Shown: piece by piece, positions 19,503 through 28,216 of the stretch
Position numbering within the stretch: the first letter of the stretch is position 1
How the letters are laid out: every line of letters starts with the position of its first letter
Source of the DNA: an uncultured Candidatus Saccharibacteria bacterium
GTDB taxonomy: Bacteria; Patescibacteriota; Minisyncoccia; UBA6257; 2-01-FULL-56-20
Reading direction: 5' to 3'
Length of the DNA: 64,000 bases
Assembly (NCBI GenBank): GCA_964361595.1
Contig: CAYIAX010000001.1
Coordinates: 32,100 to 96,099, forward strand
Notes under the pieces: generated by a model
The model's input: only the letters and a program-made list of their open reading frames with translations
The model's database searches: none
What the model was told of the DNA's origin: nothing
Translations under genes and position numbers: made by a program

Positions 19503-21119
19503 ATGAAAGATCTTTTAACCCAGCTTAAAAGCGAGATTAAAGGCGAAATCCTCGCCGATGATGCATCGCTTGAGCATTATGCAAAGGACGGCAGTATTTT
19601 TAAAGTTAAGCCTTGGGCCGTCGTGATGCCGGCGGAGAGGGAGGATATATCTGCGCTTGTTAAGTGGGCGAGCAAGACAAAAGCGGAGTCCGGCGATCCC
19701 AAGATTTCCCTAACTTGCCGGGGCAAGGCCACCGACCAGGCCGGCGGCCCCTTGAACGACGGCATTATCGTCCGCTTCCCCGGTTATCTCGATAAAGTCA
19801 TCGAAACCGGAGCGGGTTTTATCCGCGTCGAGCCGGGCGTGCTCTGGGGACAGGTTTTCGACGCGGCCGGAAAATTCGGCGAATATCTGCCGCCCTATCC
19901 AGCGTCCTACAAATTCTCGACCATCGGCGGCGCGGTGGCGAACAATTGCGGAGGCGAAAAAAGCGTGAAATACGGCTCGATGCGCGATTGGGTGCAGTCG
20001 GTAAAAATGATTCTCGCGGACGGGAAGGAAGTTGAATTCAAGCGCTATTCGGAAAAAGAAATCGAAACCAAGCAAACGCAGAGTGATTTGGAAGGCGAGA
20101 TTTATCGGAAAATGTCGGACCTCCTGGTTTCCAAGCATAATCTAATCCAGAATTCTCGCTTGAAAGTTACAAAAAGCTCAACGGGATATTGGCTTTACGA
20201 TTTGCTGGGTGAGGACGGCAGCATTGACCTTGCACGGCTAATTGCCGGTTCGCAGGGGACTTTGGGTGTGATTACGGAAATTACTTTGCGGACGATTAAA
20301 AAGCCGGTGCAGACGGCGTTACTTCTCGCTTCTTATGATGATTTGAAAAAAGCCGGTGAAGCCGTGTCGCGGGTTTTGGCTTTGGGTCCGAGCGCGTTTG
20401 AGCTCGTGGACAGTTATTTGATTAAGATGATTACCAAAGCCAGGCCCGAACTTACGGAATCCCTTGTGAAGGGTGGTGCGAGCCCAGCGCTGGTTCATTA
20501 CATCGAGTTTGAAGGCGAGGAAGCGGAGCTTAAGGACAAAATCGGCCAAGCGAGAAATTTGATCGCTGATTTGGCTATAAGACTTGAGGAAGCTTATGGA
20601 AAGGAAGAGCAAGAAAAGCTTTGGGCTACGCGGCGGCTTGCGGCCATCATCGCCGAAACTGCGGAAGGGGAGAAGAAGGCACTGCCCTTCATCGAGGATT
20701 CAACCGTGCCGCCGGAGCGGCTGGCGGAGTATTTGGGCGGGCTTTATGAAATATTCAAAAAATACGGCGTGGAATTTTCAGTTTGGGGGCACGCCGGGAA
20801 TGCCAATTTGCACGTCCAGCCGTTTCTCAATTTAGCTAAGCCACGAGATGATGAAGAAGTGTTCGAGCTTGCCGAAGAAGTTTATGATTTGGCCATCCGC
20901 CTGGGCGGCGCGATCTCCGGCGAGCACAACGACGGCATCATGCGCACGCCGTTTTTGCCTAAGCAATTCAGCGAGGAAATGATGCAGGTTTTTGTGCAGG
21001 TAAAAAACATTTTTGATCCGCAGAATATTTTCAATCCCAATAAAAAAATCGGTGCTGACTTGGCCTACGCGAAAAAGCATTTACGTAACGAATATGTTGT
21101 AGAGATCGGCCCGCCGTAA
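19503..21119 (+). CDS. FAD-binding oxidoreductase (GlcD / D-lactate dehydrogenase-like, FAD_binding_4 plus FAD-oxidase C-terminal domain)
   Basis: 538 aa. PGYLDKVIETGAGFIRVEPGVLWGQV ... STIGGAVANNCGG, and a C-terminal GEHNDG motif. Confidence 0.65.
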   Translation: MKDLLTQLKSEIKGEILADDASLEHYAKDGSIFKVKPWAVVMPAEREDISALVKWASKTKAESGDPKISLTCRGKATDQAGGPLNDGIIVRFPGYLDKVIETGAGFIRVEPGVLWGQVFDAAGKFGEYLPPYPASYKFSTIGGAVANNCGGEKSVKYGSMRDWVQSVKMILADGKEVEFKRYSEKEIETKQTQSDLEGEIYRKMSDLLVSKHNLIQNSRLKVTKSSTGYWLYDLLGEDGSIDLARLIAGSQGTLGVITEITLRTIKKPVQTALLLASYDDLKKAGEAVSRVLALGPSAFELVDSYLIKMITKARPELTESLVKGGASPALVHYIEFEGEEAELKDKIGQARNLIADLAIRLEEAYGKEEQEKLWATRRLAAIIAETAEGEKKALPFIEDSTVPPERLAEYLGGLYEIFKKYGVEFSVWGHAGNANLHVQPFLNLAKPRDDEEVFELAEEVYDLAIRLGGAISGEHNDGIMRTPFLPKQFSEEMMQVFVQVKNIFDPQNIFNPNKKIGADLAYAKKHLRNEYVVEIGPP

Positions 21120-21126
21120 AAATAAC

Positions 21127-21831
21127 TCAAATAGCTTGCGCAGTTTGCGCGGCGGATACGTTTTTGTTGCCTGGTCTTATTCGTACGAATAAGACCAGGC
21201 AACAAATAAGGTGATACGGATGGGGAGGTATTCTGGTAAGTGAAAATAAAATCCGCCGCGACCCAACCTCGAAAGGTGGATCGTCGGCGGACGCGCGGAT
21301 AAGAACGAGTGTGCCGTCCGCGACCCAGACGAACAGGTCGCAGAAATCTTGTCGACGGAGGAAGACCGAGCCAACGCTCACCGGTTCCCCGATGAGTTTG
21401 GGATCGATCGTTGGCTGACCAGTCGACAGGTGCTGCGGCCAGCCGAGGACGCCAGTGGACACGATCGTGCCGGTTTCGTCTTGGAGCACGATGAATGCTC
21501 CAAACGAAACGCGATCCAGGTCGCCTTCGCGTATTTCTTGGATCAGCTTGCCGGCCACGGTGAAGCGGCCGGTCGGCGTCGGCTGCTCCGGCCTGCCGGC
21601 GGAGCAGGGGAAAGAAAACTCCTCCTGCTTGCCGCGGAAGGCCTGCAGCTGGCACTTGCCGTTCCGGTCACGCAAGGTGACCAGAATCCGTTTCGCGGCC
21701 GGTGCCGGGGCAGGTGTCTCCTCTACAGCCGGAGCAGCCTGAATAGGCCGTTTCTTGCCGCTGCCGCACCCGTGCGCGAGCACGAATGCCGCAAGCAGTA
21801 AGAAAGCCGCGACAAAAATAATTTTTTTCAT
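21127..21831 (-). CDS. high-GC secreted/lipoprotein-like hypothetical protein; the C-terminal ~35 aa may be read-through
   Basis: Signal peptide plus lipobox-like LAHGCGSG. About 62% GC. The ORF runs through the 44-nt palindrome before the first in-frame stop, so the true 3' end is uncertain. Confidence 0.4.
   Translation of the reverse strand: MKKIIFVAAFLLLAAFVLAHGCGSGKKRPIQAAPAVEETPAPAPAAKRILVTLRDRNGKCQLQAFRGKQEEFSFPCSAGRPEQPTPTGRFTVAGKLIQEIREGDLDRVSFGAFIVLQDETGTIVSTGVLGWPQHLSTGQPTIDPKLIGEPVSVGSVFLRRQDFCDLFVWVADGTLVLIRASADDPPFEVGSRRILFSLTRIPPHPYHLICCLVLFVRIRPGNKNVSAAQTAQAI
21163..21206. terminator. 44-nt perfect palindrome (bidirectional terminator-like) between convergent genes
   Basis: TTTGTTGCCTGGTCTTATTCGTA / TACGAATAAGACCAGGCAACAAA. 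Flanked by T/A runs. Confidence 0.55.
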
Positions 21832-21911
21832 AATCCCTCCCGGGATTCAGCTTTTTATATCATATATCAAAAACTAAATAATGTCAAAAGATAAAAAAGG
21901 AGGCAACCGTT

Positions 21912-22520
21912 TCAAGTTCCTCCTGTATATGCCGCCGATCTCCGCTTGACGCGGATGATGAGGACGATGGTGATGAGCGTGCAAGCGGTGGCTCTTGCCG
22001 TATAAATCATTCCCCACTTGTCTGCGGACAAGTAGCCGGTAACGAAGGCCAGTGACGCCGCGACGCAGGCGATTGTCCAACAGCCCAGTGACTCTGGATT
22101 CTCTTTGGCATGACGCAACTTCTTCCAGAGCGGCCCGTACGCCACAACCATTACCGACTGGAAAGCGAGGTTGGAGATAAAAGGTCTGCCGCTCACAGCC
22201 CAAATCACAAGTCCCACGCCCGCGATCCAAAGGCAAGCCTGTTCGTAGGACTCGAACTTCCAGGCGCCCGGTTTGCCGAAGATCGTGATTGCGAGGATGA
22301 TCATCAGAACATCCACGAAATCCACGACATTCGCGATGTTACTCACGGGGTCAGGCTGTTTGGATGAGAAGTAACTGGCCAGGCTAAGCACGATGCCTGT
22401 TTCGAAGATGAGCCAGGTAGTGAGGGTCGGCCGGACCTGCTTGCGGATTACAAAGTATGAATAGCGGCCCCCCATCCACAACGTGAGGACGGTCGCCGCA
22501 ATTGCGCAGAACTCGCGCAT
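21912..22520 (-). CDS. integral membrane protein, hypothetical
   Basis: 202 aa, 5-6 TM helices, elevated GC. Confidence 0.4.
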   Translation of the reverse strand: MREFCAIAATVLTLWMGGRYSYFVIRKQVRPTLTTWLIFETGIVLSLASYFSSKQPDPVSNIANVVDFVDVLMIILAITIFGKPGAWKFESYEQACLWIAGVGLVIWAVSGRPFISNLAFQSVMVVAYGPLWKKLRHAKENPESLGCWTIACVAASLAFVTGYLSADKWGMIYTARATACTLITIVLIIRVKRRSAAYTGGT

Positions 22521-22584
22521 TGAGACACCTCCTCAAGTGGCTGCGCACAAAATAAAACAAATCTAAGCTTTTGTCAAAAATAAT

Positions 22585-23862
22585 TTAGCCCAGCCGGTCG
22601 TTCTCGGCAAAAATCTTGAGGCCGTGAAACCAGGTGGCCAGGGCCGGGAGCGGACGCATGACGGATAAAAGGTAAAAAAGTTCCACTAATTCTTTTGCAA
22701 CCCAAGCAATAAATCCGGAAAGAATAAACGGCCCGATTTTCGCAATCGCGTACTTGCCGCCGATCGGGATGATATAGGGGTATTCACGCGGCTGGTAGCT
22801 GATTTTGTTTGCGGCAGACTTGGAATTTTCCGCTGCCATGATGTCCGCAAATATATTTACTGCCGCCACTTTCGCTTCCGTCAAGGCCGCGCGCGCCACG
22901 CCGGGCACCGGCCGTTGGGTTTGGGGATTCAAAAACGAAACAATATCGCCCAAAGCATAAACACGATTTTCAAGTTGGAGCTCGGGAGTTTGTGGCAGGC
23001 AGTTCATAGTTGGTTCCACTTCCAAGCGTCCGCGCGGTTCCCGTTTGAGGGACAAGTTCTCGATCACGCTTGCTGCTTTGGTGCCACCGTTCCAGATAAA
23101 GGTGTCATAAGGGATTTTTTCGTCCTTATCTAAAAAAACTTCGCGTGCAGTCAAAGAACGGACCTCTCGGTTTTCCAGTATCGTAACGCCCAGGCGGGCC
23201 AGGCGCCGGTGGGCCAGATTCACAATTTTAGGTGCGAAACCTGTAAGAATTGTGGGCGAACGTTCGATTACGGCAACGCTTAAACGGCACTGTTTTACCT
23301 CTTTTTCTAGTTCTCCGCACCAGGCCTTAAGTTCGCCGGCCAATTCCACGCCGGCGGAGCCGCCGCCGCCGATAACGATGCGGATAAGGGGCACACGCTC
23401 GTGCGCGAGCGTCCAGATCGCATCGCGGATGCGGATCGCGTCGGCGAAAGTTTTGAACGTGAGCGCATGCGCCGCCAGACCTGGAATATTGTAAAAATTA
23501 GTTTCGGAACCCAAAGCTAAAACCAGATAATCGAACTCAAGCGACTTGAGGCTTTTAAAATAAATTTCGCGGTTCAAAAGATCAAATCCGGCCACGCGCT
23601 CCTTGAGCAATGAGATTGGCAAGCCTTTAATCAAAAAACCAAGCGGCACAGTCGCAAGGTTGTGGAGATCGAACATACTCGCGGTTTCTTTAGATGTAGT
23701 CGCCACTTCGTAGAAAAGAGGCGTATAGGCGTGATGATCGGTCTCGTTTACAAGCACTACCTCGCAAGCTCGGTCCAGTTTTGCGTTTTTAAGTTTGCGC
23801 GCCAAGGTTAGCGCCGTCTTCAGTCCGCCGAAACCGGCGCCTAAAATAACAATTCGCTTCAT
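22585..23862 (-). CDS. ndh: type II NADH dehydrogenase (NDH-2) / FAD-dependent pyridine nucleotide-disulfide oxidoreductase
   Basis: 425 aa. Two GxGxxG dinucleotide folds (ILGAGFGG, VIGGGGSAGVELAGEL). Confidence 0.75.
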   Translation of the reverse strand: MKRIVILGAGFGGLKTALTLARKLKNAKLDRACEVVLVNETDHHAYTPLFYEVATTSKETASMFDLHNLATVPLGFLIKGLPISLLKERVAGFDLLNREIYFKSLKSLEFDYLVLALGSETNFYNIPGLAAHALTFKTFADAIRIRDAIWTLAHERVPLIRIVIGGGGSAGVELAGELKAWCGELEKEVKQCRLSVAVIERSPTILTGFAPKIVNLAHRRLARLGVTILENREVRSLTAREVFLDKDEKIPYDTFIWNGGTKAASVIENLSLKREPRGRLEVEPTMNCLPQTPELQLENRVYALGDIVSFLNPQTQRPVPGVARAALTEAKVAAVNIFADIMAAENSKSAANKISYQPREYPYIIPIGGKYAIAKIGPFILSGFIAWVAKELVELFYLLSVMRPLPALATWFHGLKIFAENDRLG

Positions 23863-23878
23863 GTGATATTATTATCTC

Positions 23879-24988
23879 ATGATTAAGTATTTGAGCAACG
23901 CGCCCAAACAAGCCTTGCGCGGAACTGCTTTGCTACGATTGGATTTCAATACCGAGGACGAGTGGCGGATGCAGGCGGCCTTGCCGACCCTGCGGTTGCT
24001 CCTTCGGTCTGCGGACAAAATAATCATCGTGAGTCACAAAGGACGGCCCCTTGCGGGCAAGCCCGTCGGCCGCAAGGCAAAATTCAGTTTGCGAAAAAAC
24101 GGCGCCGATCTTTCCCGTAGCCTCAAGTGGCGAGTAATTTTTATTCCGCATTTCCGTTTCGCCGAAATTAAAAAACAAGTTTTGGCCGCGCCCAAAGGCA
24201 GTGTCTTTTTGCTCGAAAACATTAGGTTCCTTCCCGGCGAAACTTCGCGTAGTCCGGAGCTGGCCGAGATATTAGCAGGGCTCGCGGATTATTATGTGAA
24301 TGATGCGTTTGCCGTTTCGCATCGGAGCGATGCTTCGGTGGCGCGCGTAGAAAAATTTTTACCCAGCTATGCCGGGCTTGAATTAGAAAAAGAAATCAAA
24401 TCGCTTTCGCATTTGCGCGGTCGCCCGCGGCGGCCGCTCGTGATCGTCTTGGGCGGGGCAAAGGTTAGCGATAAGTTGGGCATCGTTACGGAATTTTTGA
24501 AAAAGGCTGATTATTTTTTGATCGGCGGCGCGGCGGCGAATACGCTTTTGGCAATGAAAGGGGAGCGGGTGGGCGCTTCTTTGCGCGAGCGAGATCCACG
24601 CGTGCTTCAAGGTTTGCGAAAATTACTTCGCAATCCAAAAGTTGTTTTGCCCATTGATGTGCATCGCGAGCGCAACGTTATTTATGATATCGGCCCGCGC
24701 ACAGCCGTAAAATTCGCCGGAATTTTAAAAAAAGCGCGAACGGTTTTCTGGAGCGGCCCCATGGGTTTGTTTGAAAAGAAAAAATTTGCGCAGGGTTCGC
24801 TCGCGGTAGCGCGGGCGATTGCGGCTAACCGCCGCGCGTTCTCCGTAACCGGCGGGGGAGAAACGGTGCGCTTTTTGAAACAGCATCGGTTGGACAAGAA
24901 ATTCAGCTTTATTTCCACCGGCGGCTCGGCCATGCTGGATTTTCTGGCCGGCGAAGAGCTGCCCGGCATAGCCGCTCTTTCTACTTAG
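23879..24988 (+). CDS. pgk: phosphoglycerate kinase
   Basis: 369 aa. LRLDFN ... N-terminus, IVSHKGRP, FWSGPMGLFE, and a GGGE/STGG C-terminal region. Confidence 0.82.
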   Translation: MIKYLSNAPKQALRGTALLRLDFNTEDEWRMQAALPTLRLLLRSADKIIIVSHKGRPLAGKPVGRKAKFSLRKNGADLSRSLKWRVIFIPHFRFAEIKKQVLAAPKGSVFLLENIRFLPGETSRSPELAEILAGLADYYVNDAFAVSHRSDASVARVEKFLPSYAGLELEKEIKSLSHLRGRPRRPLVIVLGGAKVSDKLGIVTEFLKKADYFLIGGAAANTLLAMKGERVGASLRERDPRVLQGLRKLLRNPKVVLPIDVHRERNVIYDIGPRTAVKFAGILKKARTVFWSGPMGLFEKKKFAQGSLAVARAIAANRRAFSVTGGGETVRFLKQHRLDKKFSFISTGGSAMLDFLAGEELPGIAALST

Positions 24989-25084
24989 TCTGACAAATAC
25001 TTGTATTCGAATGGGCGCATTTGTAGTGCGCTATTCGCATGCAAAACAAAGGGTTTTTTGTCCACTGATTATGCACATTTGGTG

Positions 25085-25112
25085 TTGACTTGGATCTAGT
25101 AAAGCGTAATAT
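25085..25112 (+). promoter_or_regulatory. sigma70-like promoter TTGACT-N16-TAATAT for the downstream ORF-free RNA
   Basis: TTGACT at 25085-25090, TAATAT at 25107-25112. Confidence 0.5.
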
Positions 25113-25118
25113 CAAAGT

Positions 25119-25820
25119 CAGCGTCAATTGAAAAAACACAATTTGGATGCGTCCGGTGTGAAGAATGATCTGGAGCCAATGAAACCGTCTTTTAGGGAAA
25201 CCTACTGACGGCGGAGGAACCAGCGAATCTGGCCCAGCGTGTTCGCAAGAATGCGTCGGGTCGGAATCGATCTTTAGTCGCGGAGGTGTTCGGAACTTCG
25301 CGGCACGGAGCAGAACGGTTGGCGCAAGCTGGCCGTCTGCAAAAATCACCTTCCATCGTTTAGAGAAGTCTGCGCATGGATTGTTCCTCCAGTAATGGGG
25401 GTTCCTCTGGCAACAGGGGGTAATACTGGCGCAGGATTAGTTGGTGATGTATTTGCACCGGATTCGGCTGGCGAAAGTTGGTCGTTGAACGTGCGAGTTA
25501 CGTCGTCGCTCTTCATCCCTGGGGTGCTGCCCGAGGCGCCCTAAAATAAAAACTGCGGCCAGTTGGCAAACTGGCTCGCAGAAATCTCTTCTATGCGTCC
25601 TGTTCTGGAAAGGGTGAGGCGACATCTCTTTCGCTTTGGGAACCCCCGTTCCCTTAGCGTATACCGGCTGTGCTTTGCGCTCCGCCGGTAAAGACAGCGG
25701 AACTTCGGTTCCGCAGCCGGCTGACGCGGGAGCAATCCTGCGTTATGCGAGGGATGCCCCTCCACCCTGACCGGAATCTTCATTAGTGCCTCTCCGCTTC
25801 GTGCGTCGAGAGGCATTTTT
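25119..25820 (+). ncRNA. candidate ~700-nt structured non-coding RNA of unknown class
   Basis: No ORF of 60 aa or more on the + strand. GC about 58% against about 48% in the flanks. Own promoter and a strong intrinsic terminator (GCCTCTC ... GAGAGGC, then T-tract, at 25788-25827). GNRA-tetraloop hairpins at 25404-25419 and 25726-25741. UUCG hairpin at 25699-25712. Further perfect hairpins at 25558-25577 and 25638-25653. Confidence 0.45.
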
Positions 25821-25827
25821 CTTTTTT
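25788..25827 (+). terminator. intrinsic terminator of the candidate ncRNA
   Basis: 7-bp GC-rich stem GCCTCTC/GAGAGGC followed by ATTTTTCTTTTTT. Confidence 0.75.
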
Positions 25828-25841
25828 GGTATACTTAAAAA

Positions 25842-27083
25842 ATGGACGGCGAGACAAGAAACTGTCAGAACTGTAAAAATATTTTCACGATCGAGCCGGA
25901 AGATTTTTCGTTTTACGAAAAAATCAAAGTCCCGCCGCCGACGTTTTGCTGGCTATGCAGACGGCAACGCCGTTTGGCATGGAGGAATTATCTTAATTAC
26001 TATAAGCGAACCTGCGGCCTAACGAATGAACCGATAATTTCTTTATACGCTCCCGACTCGGGAATTACCGTTTACTCTCCGAAAGCATGGTTTTCGGATG
26101 ACTGGAATGCGCTTGATTATGGTCGTGATTATGATTTTTCGAAACCGTTTTTCGAGCAATATGCCGAACTTCTCCGCAGCGTTCCTAAGCCGGCGATGGA
26201 TAACGATGATGGATTAGCAAGCGTTAATTGTATGTATACGAATGATTTTGCCATGAGCAAAAATTGTTATTTGGTTATTAAAGCCTGGAAGGTTGAGGAT
26301 GTGATGTATTCGTTTTGGGTGGTAAGCGGCCGTGATTTTATGGACGCCCATATAAGTTTTGGCAAGGATGAAGGCAATTACGAAACCGTGAACACAGAAC
26401 ATTGTTATCAATGCCGTTATACTTATGATTCGCGCAGTTGTTCCGATTGCGCTTTTGTTTACGACTGCCGCAATTGCGACCACTGTTTCATGTGCACGGG
26501 ACTGCGCGGAAAATCTTATTATTTCAAGAACAAGGAGGTTGGCAAGGAACAGTACGAAAAGATCATCAAGGAATACTCCCTGCACTCTTATTCGGGAACC
26601 GAGCGGGCAAAGAAAGAATTTGAACCAATCCTAAATAACCATCCGCGTAAAGCTTTGCGCATGGTTAATTGTAAAAATTGTTTCGGTGACCTTGTTTTCA
26701 ATAGTAATAATTGTAAATACTGTTTTGTGGTGTTGGGCAGCGAAAATTACAAATACTGCAATTATGCCGATGGAGCAAAGGATGCCTATGATTCAGATGC
26801 GGGCGGAGGCGGAGAACTCATGTATGAGACCGATTTAAGCGCGTTCTCATCCCGCGTTATCGGCAGTTTTCTTGCCTGGCAGTGCCAAGATTCCTATTAT
26901 CTTACTCACACTTATAGGAGCCGCGATTGTTTCGGTTGTAGCGGCTTAAAAGATGCGCGGTATTGTATCTTGAACAAGCAGTATACTAAAGAAGAATACT
27001 TCGGAGCTTATGCCGAAAATCAGGCGGCACATGGACGAAATGCCCTATGTGAATTCACGGGGCAGGAAACACGCATTTGGTGA
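25842..27083 (+). CDS. cysteine-rich repeat protein with N-terminal C4 zinc-ribbon (paralog 1), leaderless start
   Basis: 413 aa. N-terminal CQNC ... (21 aa) ... CWLC. At least 5 repeats of a roughly 21-aa unit carrying S-x2-C-x2-C-F. Extended -10 box TGgTATACT at 25827-25835 lies 6 nt before the ATG. Confidence 0.6.
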   Translation: MDGETRNCQNCKNIFTIEPEDFSFYEKIKVPPPTFCWLCRRQRRLAWRNYLNYYKRTCGLTNEPIISLYAPDSGITVYSPKAWFSDDWNALDYGRDYDFSKPFFEQYAELLRSVPKPAMDNDDGLASVNCMYTNDFAMSKNCYLVIKAWKVEDVMYSFWVVSGRDFMDAHISFGKDEGNYETVNTEHCYQCRYTYDSRSCSDCAFVYDCRNCDHCFMCTGLRGKSYYFKNKEVGKEQYEKIIKEYSLHSYSGTERAKKEFEPILNNHPRKALRMVNCKNCFGDLVFNSNNCKYCFVVLGSENYKYCNYADGAKDAYDSDAGGGGELMYETDLSAFSSRVIGSFLAWQCQDSYYLTHTYRSRDCFGCSGLKDARYCILNKQYTKEEYFGAYAENQAAHGRNALCEFTGQETRIW

Positions 27084-27537
27084 TTATCCGCCAATCGAGC
27101 TTTCTTATTTTCCCTATAACGATACGGCGGCCCAGTCGCTTTATCCGCTAACGAAAGAGGAAGTCCAGGCGAATAATTTTAAATGGTCCGAACCGAATCG
27201 AGCGGAAGATTTATCAGGTGCAATTCCGGCCGAAGAACTGCCGGACAGCATTTTCGACGTAGGAGACGATATCCTCCAGAAAACGATCATTTCTAAATCA
27301 TCAAACCGAAAATACCGCATTACCCGACAGGAACTGCTTTTTTACCGCAAATATAAAATTCCACTTCCTCGGGAATCTTTTTTCGAGCGGTATGAAAGGC
27401 GAAGTCGTATGGCAACCTCGTTCCGTTTCTATGAAAGAAAAAGTGACAAGTCGGGAGAACCGATCATAACTTATTATCCACCGGAAGCTCCGCAAAAAGT
27501 ATGGAGTATTGATGAATATAAAGCCGAATTTGAATGA
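27040..27537 (+). CDS. hypothetical protein overlapping the 3' end of paralog 1 in the +1 frame (independent gene or frameshifted extension)
   Basis: The frame-1 ORF is open from 27010. It contains FYRKYKIPLP, which resembles the FYEKIKVPPP motif of the paralog N-termini. Confidence 0.3.
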   Translation: MPYVNSRGRKHAFGDYPPIELSYFPYNDTAAQSLYPLTKEEVQANNFKWSEPNRAEDLSGAIPAEELPDSIFDVGDDILQKTIISKSSNRKYRITRQELLFYRKYKIPLPRESFFERYERRSRMATSFRFYERKSDKSGEPIITYYPPEAPQKVWSIDEYKAEFE

Positions 27538-28148
27538 ATATGAACTCCGAAACCAGAAACTGTCAGAACTGTAAAAATATTTTCACGATTGAACCAGAAG
27601 ATTTTTTGTTCTACGAAAAAATCAAAGTCCCGCCGCCGACTTTCTGTCCGCAGTGTCGGATGCAGCGGCGGATGGCATTTCGGAACGAAAGGACGTTATT
27701 CAGGCAAAAGTGCGCTCTGACCGGAAAAGATATTATCAGCTGCTTTTCCCCTGAATCGAAAATGGTGGTTTATGATCGTGATGTTTGGTGGAAAACCGAC
27801 TGGGATCCCTTGACGGTCGGAGTCCAGTACGATTTTAACATCCTATTTTTCCTTCAGTTCAAAAAACTCATGGAACGAACTCCGATGCCGGCTGTATTCA
27901 GCGGCAGATCGGAGAATAGCATCTATGGAAATTATATCAGCGACTTTAAAAATGCCTATTTAGTATCGGCATCGAACCTGCATGTGCAGTTTAGGGGTCG
28001 GGAACCAGGAGCCTGGCACCAGGTACCAGAATACCAGTTTGCACTTTCATGGCGATGCTCCGTGTCCGAATGAATTTGAAACCAGCTATGCGCCGGAACG
28101 CCAGGAGACTGTTTATTGTGAGCAGTGCTACAACGCAGAGATTATTTA
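27534..28148 (+). pseudogene. degraded paralog 2 of the cysteine-rich protein (N-terminal domain in frame 0, homologous C-terminus in frame +1, repeat region deleted)
   Basis: The first 33 aa are 32/33 identical to paralog 1 (nucleotides 27547-27642 against 25852-25947, about 88% identical). Frame 0 stops at 28073. Frame +1 (27964-28148) encodes HGDAPCPNEFETS ... CEQCYNAEII, which is homologous to the paralog-1 C-terminus. Confidence 0.45.
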
Positions 28149-28216
28149 GGAGATTGTAAACCGAATTTATCGGTGATATACTCATTTCTTGCTGTTAAAT
28201 TTAGCAAGCTCTGCTG

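Noticed and set aside
21127-21250. C-terminal 35-40 aa of the 234-aa minus-strand ORF
   Set aside because: This part of the ORF reads straight through a 44-nt perfect palindromic terminator and into AT-rich intergenic-looking sequence. The gene call is kept, but the tail is probably non-native read-through or a missed stop.
25400-25816. Considered RNase P RNA, tmRNA or SRP RNA for the GC-rich ORF-free region
   Set aside because: No P4 strands (GGAAAGUCCGGGC / ACAGAACCCGGCUUA), no tRNA-like T-arm (GGUUCGAAUCC) and no SRP domain-IV motif. A convincing rnpB is present at 29801-30408 instead. The region is kept as an unclassified ncRNA candidate.
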